From Carpediemonas membranifera BICM (lineage: Eukaryota > Protista > Fornicata), in the NCBI GenBank assembly GCA_019828565.1, contig JAHDYR010000031.1, positions 1-64,000 of the forward strand: a DNA stretch of 64,000 bases. Reading direction: 5' to 3'. This document shows positions 23,870-33,813 of this stretch, piece by piece (the first letter of the stretch is position 1; every line of letters begins with the position of its first letter). The notes below the pieces were generated by a model. It saw only the letters and a program-made list of their open reading frames with translations, was not told the DNA's origin and did no database searches. The position numbers and the translations under genes are program-made.

Positions 23870-24409
23870 CTACAGGGCCGCTTTGCAAATCCAGTGTCCC
23901 TTCTTGCCGATCGTGTCGGGCCCCGAGGTCTTGGCTTCGCTCATGAGGTGCTGCCTGAGCTGCGCCGCGTGTGATAGCGTGGTGTCTCTCGACGCGTTGA
24001 ACTTGACGAGGTAGCCCGCGACTGCCCTGCGTGACGCCTCTAGGCTTAGATGTGAGAGCCTGTCGTGGTGGAGGAGGAACTCGAAGTCCTGATGATCATC
24101 GCGATGAGCCTTATCCTGCCCCTCTCGGCCAGCCGCGACAGCTCGGAGTCCGACAGAAGATCTTGGTTCACTCTGAAGTACATCTTGGGAACTGATGAGA
24201 GGGCTAGCAAGCGGCGGAGTTCTGGTGACGGGATGTCCGGAGTCACTATTATCGCAGCTGACCTCCACGTCTGAGGGGATCCAGTCTGGGTCGGCGACCG
24301 AATCGTCCGAATATGCAGATATGTCGCTGGAATCATCGCTACTGGAGGAGCTGCGAAGACTCTCATCCCCGTCCAGTCCCGAGACAGGCCGTGTTCTGCG
24401 AGAGTCCAT
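23870..24409 (-). pseudogene. N-terminal fragment of the element 1 tyrosine recombinase
   Basis: Homologous to the element 2 YR N-terminus (KKGHWI vs RKGYWI), then stops. Confidence 0.7.
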
Positions 24410-25948
24410 CCGTGCTGAGCGAATCCTGGGAGGGCCAGGCGGCGAGTGGGAGCGGCGGTCGCGTCGACCTGCACTGGTCCCCAGTTGCGCTGGATTCGCT
24501 CGAGGACTGAACGCGGGGTCGACCACTCGAGCTTCATGAACCGGCTCAGCCTGTCCGGCTCCACGTTGAGGTGTCCTGCGATGTGAAGACATCGAGCCAC
24601 GAGGTTTCTGCTGTCGAGGTGTTGTTGCAGCTCGTGGAGTAGGCTCATGACTGTCTGGTCTGCTCTTGTCGATCCGCCCTTGTTGACCCACGAGACTACG
24701 GCCGAGTTGTCGCAGAAAACTGTCAGGGTGCGCACCAGCGGCTGTGGAGAGATGAGTTCGACGCCCCGAACGACTGCGAAAAGCTCCTTTGTGCAGATGT
24801 GGGCGTTCACTATGTGCGGGGGGAAGTGCCCATGCGCCGATCTGTTGTTCTCTCCGAGGTATACTCTGGCCCCCCAGCCGAAGCTGGATGCGTCGGACGC
24901 CACTGTCATCTCCAGGGAGCCTGTCATGTCCCAGAGGGCCCTGAGCTCGATAAATGACTTGGCTGGGCGCTGCTGCAGCAGTGAGACCCACTGGGCGAGC
25001 TCTTGCTTGAGGGCTGCATCCAAAGGTACTCTGCCTCTCGGCTGTCTTGCTTGCAACGGCCGCAGCTTGAGCTGTGCTGCATGCGCTGCGGAAGCGAAGA
25101 AGGAGAGACGCCCTAGGATCTTGGAGTAGTCGACGGCGCTGATGGAGTCGCTCTCCAACGCGGATATCAACGTCTGCTGATACTTGCGCGCCTTGTCGCT
25201 GGAAAGGCGCACTGAAGTGTTCTCCGTATTGATGAGGAGGCCGAGGTACTCCAAGCAGCGTGTAGGCTGAAGAATACACTTGTCCAGCCCCGGAATGAGG
25301 CCGAGGGAGCGCATGAGCTCGAGGGCCTCGTGTGTTGCCCATGCCAGGTGCTCCTTGCGCGCAGACAATAGGAGGAAGTCGTCTAGATACACGCAAACGT
25401 GGATCTGGAGGCGCCTGGCGATGATCTTTGCGGCCTGGATGGTTATTGTCTGAAAGTAGAACGGAGCCGCGGTCCAACCGAAGGGGAGTCCAGTGTAGCA
25501 GAATGCCTCGCCCTCCGGAGTGACCACGCCCAGAAGTGTCCTGTCCTGCTCCCCTGACTGGGACTTGAGAGTACCCCGAGCGGAGGTCGATCTTCGTCAT
25601 CCAGTCCCCGGCCGTGAGCGTCGCCAAAGCACGTTTGATGCCGAAGAGGCGGAAGACTCGGGTCTCCTCCGTCACGGTGTTGAGTTCTCGGAGGTCGTGT
25701 ATTACTCGGATGTCGTCCGAGCCTTTCGAAACAGGGAAGATCGGGGCCGAATGGCGGAGGGACTGCAGGGTCGTTCTGCGGAGAATGCCCTCGTTCAACA
25801 GCTGTTGGAGCTTGGCCCGAACACGTGGGTCCAGTCGCGTCTGTGGTGCGGCCGCCGACGGAGGCGCGGTCAGTGATATTGGAACGCCGTCTCTGAGTAG
25901 GCTGACGACGTGCTCTGAGGCGCCGAAGCGCTCCCAGAGTCGCCACAC
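24046..25948 (-). CDS. DIRS-type RT/RNase H with a degenerate methyltransferase-like tail; frameshift at ~25552
   Basis: KIDLRSGYSQ, LPFGW, YLDD, LEYLG, SDAS..GWGA, KELFA, DNS, HIAGHLNVEPDRLSR and W...FAAPP. Confidence 0.9.
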
Positions 25949-25983
25949 GTCGCCAGTTATCGATGGGAAGAGGTGGTTCTCGG

Positions 25984-26565
25984 TTAGTTTGACTGCCGGT
26001 TGCGACCGCGAGAGCTGCCGCCTCGGCCCCCGCCTCCCGGAGGCTGAAACTTGTCGCCCTTTCGCTTGGCTCCGTGAATCTTAAACTTGAGCTCGAAGGA
26101 CTCGATCTGGGACTCGTCGAGGGTTCCTTTGTCCGCGATGGCCTTCCATACCTGGTTCTGAAAGTAGGTGACTGTGACGTCGTTGTAATCTTCATCCTTC
26201 ATCATCAGAGCTCTACGCCGGGCGGAGAGGAGGGGGGAAAGACGCTTGAGGAGTTTCGTGTCTGTAGAAGAGGTGAGGATCGTTTGAACCTTCCGAAGGA
26301 ACTTCGCCTCCTCCAGAAGAGGGCGCTTCTTCGGCAGCTCGGTCATGGCCTCAATGTATGAAAGGGAAGCCATGATGGGGTCTTGTTCATCTTCTTCAAA
26401 CGCCAGTTCCTCGTGGAAATCCGCTTCAGATTCGGCGCTTGCGGCGGCCATCCTCTCGAGGATCTTGGTGGATCTCTCCTGAGCTTTCTGCATCTCCTGC
26501 ACCGTGGTACGCAGTTCTGCCACTTCCTCGGCCGTCGCAGCCACCGGCTGCGAATCGTTCGTCAT
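25984..26565 (-). CDS. DIRS ORF1 (gag-like)
   Basis: Coiled-coil ORF upstream of RT with an RG-rich C-terminus. Probable start MTNDSQ. Confidence 0.7.
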   Translation of the reverse strand: MTNDSQPVAATAEEVAELRTTVQEMQKAQERSTKILERMAAASAESEADFHEELAFEEDEQDPIMASLSYIEAMTELPKKRPLLEEAKFLRKVQTILTSSTDTKLLKRLSPLLSARRRALMMKDEDYNDVTVTYFQNQVWKAIADKGTLDESQIESFELKFKIHGAKRKGDKFQPPGGGGRGGSSRGRNRQSN

Positions 26566-26766
26566 CTGGCCGCATAAACTGCGCCGACCAATCTTGACCA
26601 ATGACGCGGGCATCCGGTGATTGCCGGCCTCGCCCACGTCCCGTCGCCCTTGCGACAATGAGCTGGGGTACTACCCAAAGTGTGGCTCTATAACAGAGAG
26701 CCCTCCTCTTAAATCCAACCAAAATGGGACAATCCCGCAAGACGTCCCTGTGGGACTAAAGCTTTG

Positions 26767-26843
26767 GGCCGGCGAGTCTATCTCGCCTCGACCAGAGTTA
26801 AGAATTAATGATGAATCCAGGCCGGCGAGTCCGTCTCGCCTCG
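26767..26843. repeat. Two 24-bp direct repeats, each a GGCGAG-N5-CTCGCC hairpin
   Basis: GGCCGGCGAGTC(TA/CG)TCTCGCCTCG at 26767 and 26820. Confidence 0.85.
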
Positions 26844-26883
26844 GCCGTTCCCCTCGAACGCGGATGTTTAATGGAGGGGGTGG

Positions 26884-28067
26884 TTAAAAGTGGGGCCCGA
26901 GAAGGCTGAGGTTCATCCTCCTGGTGAGGTCCTCGTTTGTTCTGATGGCGTCAGCGACATAGCTGCGGAGGGAGGTGACGTCCTTCCATGTGCCCATTGA
27001 GAGGATCACCTCCAGCGGGACTCCTGATAGAGCCATCTCCGACGCTGCCCCCTTACGGAAGCTGTGGAGACCCGTCCGTGGACCGAACAACGCCTTCACG
27101 ACTCGTCGGAGGTGTGCGGCTGTGCGCGGTTTGTCTCTGCTCAGGCGCCCGTTGACTATGACTCGCCAGATGGGGGTGTCATCAGCCAGGTAGTGTGTGC
27201 CCTCGACCCAGCGTCTAAGTGCCAAGGCCGGGTTGAAGGCGGCTGATAGCCATACGTATGGTACGCGCTTCTTAACTCCCGTTAGGATGGTCTTGGTCCG
27301 CTGAATGTGTAGGAGAATGTCGCCGTTCTTGAGTAGCTCCAGGTCGGCCGGGCATAGGGAGAGTATCTCGATGCCTCTGGACACCGTCAGATAGGCGACT
27401 GCCCAAAGAGACATGCCTGATATGACTCAAAGTCGTCACTCCGGCGCCCCAGTGCCTCGATCATCTCAGCCTTGGTGATGGCGCGCGAGCCGCCGGTAGT
27501 TCCCGCCGTGCTGGCGCCCTTAGCCGCCTGCTTAACGATGTACTTGGAGTTGGCGGGCGGATGCCAGTCTTTGAGGAACTCCTGTAGCTGAACAATCCAG
27601 TAGCCCTTCCTCGCCACGTTCGATGGCCCGCAGAAGGAGCCTTCGTCCTTGAGGAAGGCTACAAGCTGGTCTCGATCCGACAGGCTGCGATCGCGAGAGC
27701 CTTCGAACCTGGCCACCCAGCCGGCCACCGTCCGAGCAGACGCGTGATTAAGGTGAATCACTCTGTCCGACCTGAGGACTCTGTGGAAAACGTCCTGAAC
27801 GCCATCACATTGAACCGTAGGCGTCCTCTGTCCTGTAGGTGAAGTAGGTGGGCCAGATCTGAGCTCGAAGCCGGGACGGAGAGACGGAGTTTCCAGGACG
27901 TCCAACTCTTGAGGAGTCTCATCTCCGGCGCTTGAACCTCTGGGTAGAGGAGAAAGACTGCTGAGGTCCAAGACCTCGGGTGTCCAGTCTGAGTCTGAAC
28001 TCTCGCTGTCGCTATCTTCTGGACTATGGCTGCCATAGACGAATTGGGGGCCCAGAGGACGCGACAT
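26884..28067 (-). CDS. Tyrosine recombinase of element 2; frameshift at ~27410
   Basis: Catalytic residues present: SRGIE (R), RTKT (K), HSFRKG (HxxR), GTWK (W), RSYV (Y). Confidence 0.9.
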
Positions 28068-28289
28068 CCAAGCCTTACGTCTACGTCCGTTGAGACTGTC
28101 TGGACTGGACCCCACTCCGCGAGGACAGATTCCATGCTGGACTCCAGAGAGGAAGGGAGTCGTGAGAAGTCTCTGGACAGCCGAGCTGCAGCCAGGTTGA
28201 TGATGCCCGGAGTGTGTAGTCCACGGAGTGTCAGGTTCCGGTCCTCCGCCTCCTTCTGGATCTGGGCTAGAATGTGCAGGGCCTGAGGT

Positions 28290-28383
28290 TGTGGTACCCA
28301 AACAATTGAGAGAGTGAAATTTAGAAGCAGGTTTGAGATCATTGACCAAATAAGACTGATCATTAAATGAGGTCGTCATGACA
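28290..28383 (-). repeat. 3' LTR (94 bp)
   Basis: Identical to 32540-32633. Confidence 0.97.
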
Positions 28384-28691
28384 CTTCCCCCCATGATCCC
28401 AAACCGTCCACAAGCTCAAACGTGCCTCCCAACCGTCAGCAAAAATTCTAACGGTTCAAGTCCGGCGAAATGCAAAACCCGCCAGACCGACTCCAGTGAA
28501 GTCAAAAACGCAATTGAGCACAATAGTCTGAAGAACGCTGTTCTAAACGAACAAATAGCGCACAGAATGGTGTAGAACATAAGAAATAACCAATATCAGT
28601 AACTAGATTCCAACGTTCTGCTCTTCCCCCCTAGGCTGCGGTCACCAACTGGGCAAAACCCCAAAATGGCTTTTTGATGAGCCGTTGGTTA

Positions 28692-31600
28692 TTAGCGCTG
28701 CCTATAGGAAGCTAATTTCCTTTGACCTCGGAGTTTTCTGCGCAAACTCGGTTTGTCTGCGAGGTACTCCTCAAACGCCCTAAGTTCATCAAGGTCGGCG
28801 TTGAAGCGTTCCCATGTCGCCTCTTCCTCGAGGTACCCCTCCCACAGCACATGTAGGTGAAGGACGCCGTCCTCAAATTTGTGAGAGTCGATCGCTTCTA
28901 CGACATATTCGTCAACTCTCTGGGCCGCTAGCCGTGTCAACTCAGCCCTTGTCGCGTCAGACTCAAAATGTCTTAGACGCTCGGCATGGACCTTAGCCAC
29001 TACGCCTGTCGTCAGGTTCTCCACGAAGTAAACGTTCGGCGACTCTGCGGGTCCCTGGCACCACATTGGCCCAGCCAGCTTCGTGCGGCGGCCGACAGTG
29101 GTCGTTACCAGCACTGGCTTGTTCGATAGGGCCACGTGCGATGCTTCTGATGGTGTTTGTTGTTGCAGCGCCTGGTCTTGGATGACTCTCTGTAGTTCCA
29201 GGCTGCGCTTGAAGGCCTCAAATGGCATCTTGCTCTCATTGCTCATGATCTCTTCTGGTCTTACGACCACGTCTTGGTTATAAAGCAAATTCAGTGGCGA
29301 TAGGCCTGTCCTGGCCACAGATGTTGAATTAATGATGTACTGAGCCAAAGGTAGTAGCCGCGTCCATCTAAACTCCTGCAGATCGAGCATTAGCGTCTCT
29401 AGATGCCTCTTAACCTCGGCGTTGACCCTCTCAACTATTCCTTGAGAACCCGGGCGGTAAGGCGTGCCGACGTGATGTTGCGACCCGAGCCTTTCCATTA
29501 GAGCGTCAATCAGCTTATTTCTATACTGGCTGCCCCCGTCGCTGTGAATCACCCGGGGAATTCCGTAGTGACCCACCCAGGCCAAAATTGCCCCTGCCGC
29601 GGCATCTGCGTCCGTCGAACGCGTGGGGACCAGCATAGTTAGCTTCGAGTACGTGTCAATTAACACGCACACGTACCGCAGACCCTCGCTCTCCGCGATG
29701 GGTCCGATCGTGTCTACCTGCACGACATCAAACGGCAGGCGACCTGCCGTACGGTGGCGCAAGTGTTGGACGGGCTTGGCCGTCTTGCGCGTGACCTGGC
29801 ACACAGGACACGACTGGACAAACTCCTCTGCGTCCTTATACATGCCCCTCCACCTCCTACCGAGCGATATAAGCTTGTTCACCGTCGCTCTCGCTCCGAG
29901 ATGGCCGTGTATGCCTCCGTGAACCTCGGAGATCCACGTGGCGTGATCATCTGCCTCGACTGTTGCACCGCATAGGCGAGATAGCGCGTCGGCAGCACCG
30001 TTCGCTTGACCAGGCACGTGTACGACGGAATAGTCGAACCTTTCCAGTGCCATGCGCCATCTAGTTACCTTAGCGTTCGTGCTTGTCGCGATATACAGCA
30101 AATTCCGGTGGTCCGTTCTCACAGTAAACGGCCTGCCTACTAGGAACCGCTCGGCCTTGATCATAGCGTAATAAATGCCGAAGCCTTCCTTTTCATAGGT
30201 GCTCCACCTTCTTTGAACATCCGATAGTGTCTTGGAATAGAAAGCAATCGGACGCTCCTCCCCGTCTTCGATCTGTAACAAAACTGCCCCGACAGCGTAG
30301 TCACTCGCGTCGGTTTGTAGGATTAATTGGCAGCCACGCTTGGGGTGACTTAACATGTTGTTCTGAGATAGGGTCGCTTTGATGTCGACTAGGGCATCTT
30401 GTTGGGCCTTCTCCCAACGGAACTCTTCCTTGGCTCTCGTCAGAGCCAGGACTGGCTCCATCATATTGCCGTAGTTCGGAATCATATGGCTAAAATAGTT
30501 CGTGAACCCGAGTAAGGTTCTGACTCCGGCAACATCTCTCGGGCTGGTTAGGCGGTCGATGCCTTCTAGGCGGTCAGGCGCGATTCGCTTGCCGTCGCCA
30601 TTCACAAGCCAGCCCAAGTATTCTATTTCTGTCAGTCCGAACTCAGACTTGGACAGATTCAGCTTCAACTTGGCCGAGTTGAGCTTTCTCAAGACATAGT
30701 CCAGATTGTCGAGGTACTCTCTCTGGTTCTCTCCGAATATTACTATGTCGTCTACATATGCGAGACACCGTGTCCACAGTGCATCGCCCAGTACGGATTC
30801 GAGGGTCTTCTGACAGAAGGCTGCGGCCCCTTTGAGTCCGAAAGCTAAACGCTTGTACTGGTACTTACGCTTCCCAACTGTAAACGCCGTTAGTCTGCGT
30901 GAGCTCTTGGTCATAGGAATCTGGTGAAAGGCCTTGCTTAGGTCCAGCTTAGCGAAGAGGGTCTTACCCTCTAGTCTTGCTACCAGATCGTCAATGATAG
31001 GGAGGTCGTGATCGAAGTCCTCCGTCGCGTCGTTAAGGCGCCGAAAGTCCAAGCAGAGCCTGCGGGTGCGATCGCGCTTCCATACAAGCACCGTAGGATT
31101 GTTATAGTTGCTCGTAGACTCCTCAATCACATTCAGATCCTCCAGCTGCGCCGTCTGGCGCTGCATATCCTCTCTTTCTTCAGCCGAGACGTGGTATGGA
31201 GGGATGTTGATAACCTTCTGGTTTGTAAGAACCAGTTCGAAGGGTGGAACGTCTGCTGGCTGCGAAATGTCGCCGAGAACGTCTTTGTACTTGCTTAGGA
31301 TGGTATTAGTCTCTTCAGGGAAGCTACGTATCTGTAGTTCGTGCTCCGCTTCAGCAAGGGTAAATAACGTCTCGTCTACTTCATCTTCATCAAGCTCCGC
31401 GAAGTGTGGCTCTCCAGAATTCTCCATCGTCGGCTTGACGATCGTGATTAGCCCCAACGCACTTAATGTCGATATTCCCATAACTAATGTCGGCTTCAGC
31501 CCGGGTAGCACCCGCAAATTGAGAGCAGCTTGAGTTCTCCGCCCAGTAGATGGCAACACTCCAAAATCTGCACTCAACTTAACAATGCCGGGTGAGTTGT

Positions 31601-32528
31601 AAATCGTACCAGTGGCCAGCTTAACCTTAGCATGGTCGGGCTCGACGACTAGGCCGAGCTCTTTGACGAGGGATTGGGATATAAAGTCGGCAGAGGCCCC
31701 TGTGTCATAAAGGAACGCCAACACTCTCCCCAGGATGCCCACCTCGCCAATGGGTCTGTTGTCGCGGTCCTCCGCGACCAAAGCATTAAGATGAACGTAC
31801 TTCTGCCCCTTTACTCCCTCACGCTCGTCACGCTTACGCTTCCAACACGTATCAGCAGTGTGACCCTTGCGCTGGCAGTACTCACAAGCAGTTTCCGACT
31901 TCTCCTTAGCCTTAGTCATCGTTGCGGAGGTCGCACTCTCTCGCTCCACACGCTGGTGCTCTCTGCGAGCCTTCTCTGCTTCCGTGGCCTGGATGAATGC
32001 CTCGGCGATCGTCTCGTCAAGCGTCTTCGCCTTCTTAGCATTCACTCGCTCCTTCAAGCGACCGTACCTGATGCCAGCAACAAAGGCATCGACGATGAGC
32101 TTCTCCGTGGGCCGAACCTTACAACAGTTACGAACTTGACGCTTATACGCCAGGGCATACGCGGCCATGTTGTCAATGAGGTTACCCTCAGAGCCGCACG
32201 ACAAGTCCTTAAAGCGATCTAAAGCGTCCACCTCATCCAGAGGCTGCATCAGCTCGTCTACCATGGTGATAAAGGCCTCGTTGAGTTCAGAGGTATCGGC
32301 CGGCTCTTCATCCGGCGTTTCATTAGCGTACTCCAGGAACCCCTCAAGTTCAGGGATTCGGATCTTAAGAACCTCTAGGACCTGCGTTTCGATTAGGTCA
32401 AAGGCAACGATCGGATCGGCTTCACGGGCAGCATACTGCTCGTAGTCTTGACGGAAAGTATACCACGACTTGGTGGTGGCCTTTCGCAGGAACGGGGCGT
32501 TGTTGAGTTTTGTTTCAGGTAAATGCAT
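28692..32528 (-). CDS. gag-pol: Single-ORF Gag-Pol polyprotein with a chromodomain
   Basis: CCHC knuckle CEYCQRKGHTADTC, protease LYDTGA, RT YVDD, RNase H TDAS, HHCC plus DDE integrase, chromodomain EYVVEAI...VLWEGY...ATWE. Confidence 0.97.
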   Translation of the reverse strand: MHLPETKLNNAPFLRKATTKSWYTFRQDYEQYAAREADPIVAFDLIETQVLEVLKIRIPELEGFLEYANETPDEEPADTSELNEAFITMVDELMQPLDEVDALDRFKDLSCGSEGNLIDNMAAYALAYKRQVRNCCKVRPTEKLIVDAFVAGIRYGRLKERVNAKKAKTLDETIAEAFIQATEAEKARREHQRVERESATSATMTKAKEKSETACEYCQRKGHTADTCWKRKRDEREGVKGQKYVHLNALVAEDRDNRPIGEVGILGRVLAFLYDTGASADFISQSLVKELGLVVEPDHAKVKLATGTIYNSPGIVKLSADFGVLPSTGRRTQAALNLRVLPGLKPTLVMGISTLSALGLITIVKPTMENSGEPHFAELDEDEVDETLFTLAEAEHELQIRSFPEETNTILSKYKDVLGDISQPADVPPFELVLTNQKVINIPPYHVSAEEREDMQRQTAQLEDLNVIEESTSNYNNPTVLVWKRDRTRRLCLDFRRLNDATEDFDHDLPIIDDLVARLEGKTLFAKLDLSKAFHQIPMTKSSRRLTAFTVGKRKYQYKRLAFGLKGAAAFCQKTLESVLGDALWTRCLAYVDDIVIFGENQREYLDNLDYVLRKLNSAKLKLNLSKSEFGLTEIEYLGWLVNGDGKRIAPDRLEGIDRLTSPRDVAGVRTLLGFTNYFSHMIPNYGNMMEPVLALTRAKEEFRWEKAQQDALVDIKATLSQNNMLSHPKRGCQLILQTDASDYAVGAVLLQIEDGEERPIAFYSKTLSDVQRRWSTYEKEGFGIYYAMIKAERFLVGRPFTVRTDHRNLLYIATSTNAKVTRWRMALERFDYSVVHVPGQANGAADALSRLCGATVEADDHATWISEVHGGIHGHLGARATVNKLISLGRRWRGMYKDAEEFVQSCPVCQVTRKTAKPVQHLRHRTAGRLPFDVVQVDTIGPIAESEGLRYVCVLIDTYSKLTMLVPTRSTDADAAAGAILAWVGHYGIPRVIHSDGGSQYRNKLIDALMERLGSQHHVGTPYRPGSQGIVERVNAEVKRHLETLMLDLQEFRWTRLLPLAQYIINSTSVARTGLSPLNLLYNQDVVVRPEEIMSNESKMPFEAFKRSLELQRVIQDQALQQQTPSEASHVALSNKPVLVTTTVGRRTKLAGPMWCQGPAESPNVYFVENLTTGVVAKVHAERLRHFESDATRAELTRLAAQRVDEYVVEAIDSHKFEDGVLHLHVLWEGYLEEEATWERFNADLDELRAFEEYLADKPSLRRKLRGQRKLASYRQR

Positions 32529-32539
32529 GCAGTAATTAC

Positions 32540-32633
32540 TGTGGTACCCAAACAATTGAGAGAGTGAAATTTAGAAGCAGGTTTGAGATCATTGACCAAA
32601 TAAGACTGATCATTAAATGAGGTCGTCATGACA
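32540..32633 (-). repeat. 5' LTR (94 bp)
   Basis: Identical to 28290-28383. Confidence 0.97.
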
Positions 32634-33741
32634 GAGGTGGAGCCTTCGTAGACCCCGCCTTGTTGAGCCAGGCCAGAGCTGATGTGTTGTCTGAGAAGAT
32701 CGATAGCTCGCGTTGGGAACTCTGTCTGCCGATCAGACGGATGCCCTGTAGGATTCCCGCGAGCTCCTTCACGTTGATAGATTCTGCTCTTAGTTCTGGA
32801 GTGAACGTGCCCGAGGCTGAGGTCCCGTACTCGCCGTGCACGGCTGCTCCCCACTTGACTCCAGATGCGTCTGTCGATACGACGAGGTCTAAGGAGGGGT
32901 GAGCGCCCCAAAGCGACTGAAGCTCTCTGATGTCTCGGACTGGGCGCTCTCTTAGCAGTAGCAGCCACTCTTGCAGTAGCTCCTTGGAGAGTGGGTCCTG
33001 TTGAAGGTGTCTCAGCCGGAGGAAAGCCCCGTGGGCGGTTGTAGCGAAGTAAATCAGTCTCCCGAGGATCTTGGCCCAAGTCTCCTGATCGATGGTCTTG
33101 CCTGCCAGAGCCTGATGAATGTGAGAGGAGTAACGTTTGGCCTTGTCCGCCGGGAGGCGTATTGTAAAACTCGCGGAGTCTATCACGAGCCCCAGATAGA
33201 CCAATGACTGAGTCGGTGCCCATTCTGACTTCTCCTCTGAGGTGAGGACACAGAGGTCGGCTAGAGTCCGCCTGATGCGCGGCACCGCCCTCCTCAGGAT
33301 TTCTCGGTCGCGGTGAAATAAGAGGAAGTCGTCGAGGTAGACAACGATGGTAAGACCCGTCCGAAGGGCTAGTATCTTGGCGAGTTGGTTGGTGATCGTC
33401 TGAAACACGAACGGCGATGCGCGCCAGCCGAAGCCTAGCACTCTGTACTGAAACGCTCGTCCGTCTGGAAGATAGACTCCTAGCAGCTTGCGGTCCTCCT
33501 TCCGTACTGGTACTTGATGGTACCCGGACTTGAGGTCGAACTTGACCATCCCTCGCCCGACGCGTCGGTCGAGATTGTGAGCTGGAGGTCTGCTGAGCGA
33601 GACCACATGTTCTTCAGCTCCGCGAAGGAGCGTGTTGGGCGCGTCTGTAGCAGCCACCAAAAACAACAGGTTAAGGTCGGTCCGGGCGGACGTTTGGTAC
33701 CAATCTTCAGGACCGGTCTTGAAGGGCAGCCATGCTGACAC
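32634..33741 (-). pseudogene. RT/RNase H of DIRS-like element 2 (internally deleted, insertion-disrupted)
   Basis: KFDLKSGYHQ, LGFGW, YLDD, TDAS, KELAG, DNT. The segment between HVVSL and KFDL is much shorter than in element 1. Confidence 0.88.
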
Positions 33742-33813
33742 GCATCATGTGCTTTGGAGATACAGGAAATCCACGATACCTACAAGCACTACTTTACATC
33801 CCCCGCGGCCCAA

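Larger units (their letters stand above)
23870..26730 (-). mobile_element. DIRS-like tyrosine-recombinase retroelement 1 (3'-truncated)
   Basis: ORF1, RT/RNaseH/methyltransferase-like ORF and an overlapping YR ORF that is cut before the catalytic domain. Confidence 0.85.
28290..32633 (-). mobile_element. Full-length chromodomain Ty3/gypsy LTR retrotransposon (4344 bp)
   Basis: Identical 94-bp LTRs (28290-28383, 32540-32633; TG...CA), 5-bp TSD GAGGT (28285-28289, 32634-32638) and PPT GGGGGGAAG next to the 3' LTR. Confidence 0.97.
26884..33740 (-). mobile_element. DIRS-like element 2 (5'-deleted), interrupted by a gypsy insertion
   Basis: RT/RNaseH runs 33741->32634 and resumes at 28289->27758. 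The YR gene lies downstream. Confidence 0.88.

Noticed and set aside
20300-27415. Programmed frameshifting in the gypsy and DIRS pol/YR genes
   Set aside because: The shifts fall mid-domain, mostly at short base runs, and similar indels differ between duplicate copies elsewhere. Mutation or assembly error is more likely.
33128-33137. 10-nt match (GAGTAACGTT) of the putative Fanzor guide to the DIRS element 2 RT gene
   Set aside because: The match stops at 10 nt, which is plausible by chance in 64 kb, and the TAM is unknown.
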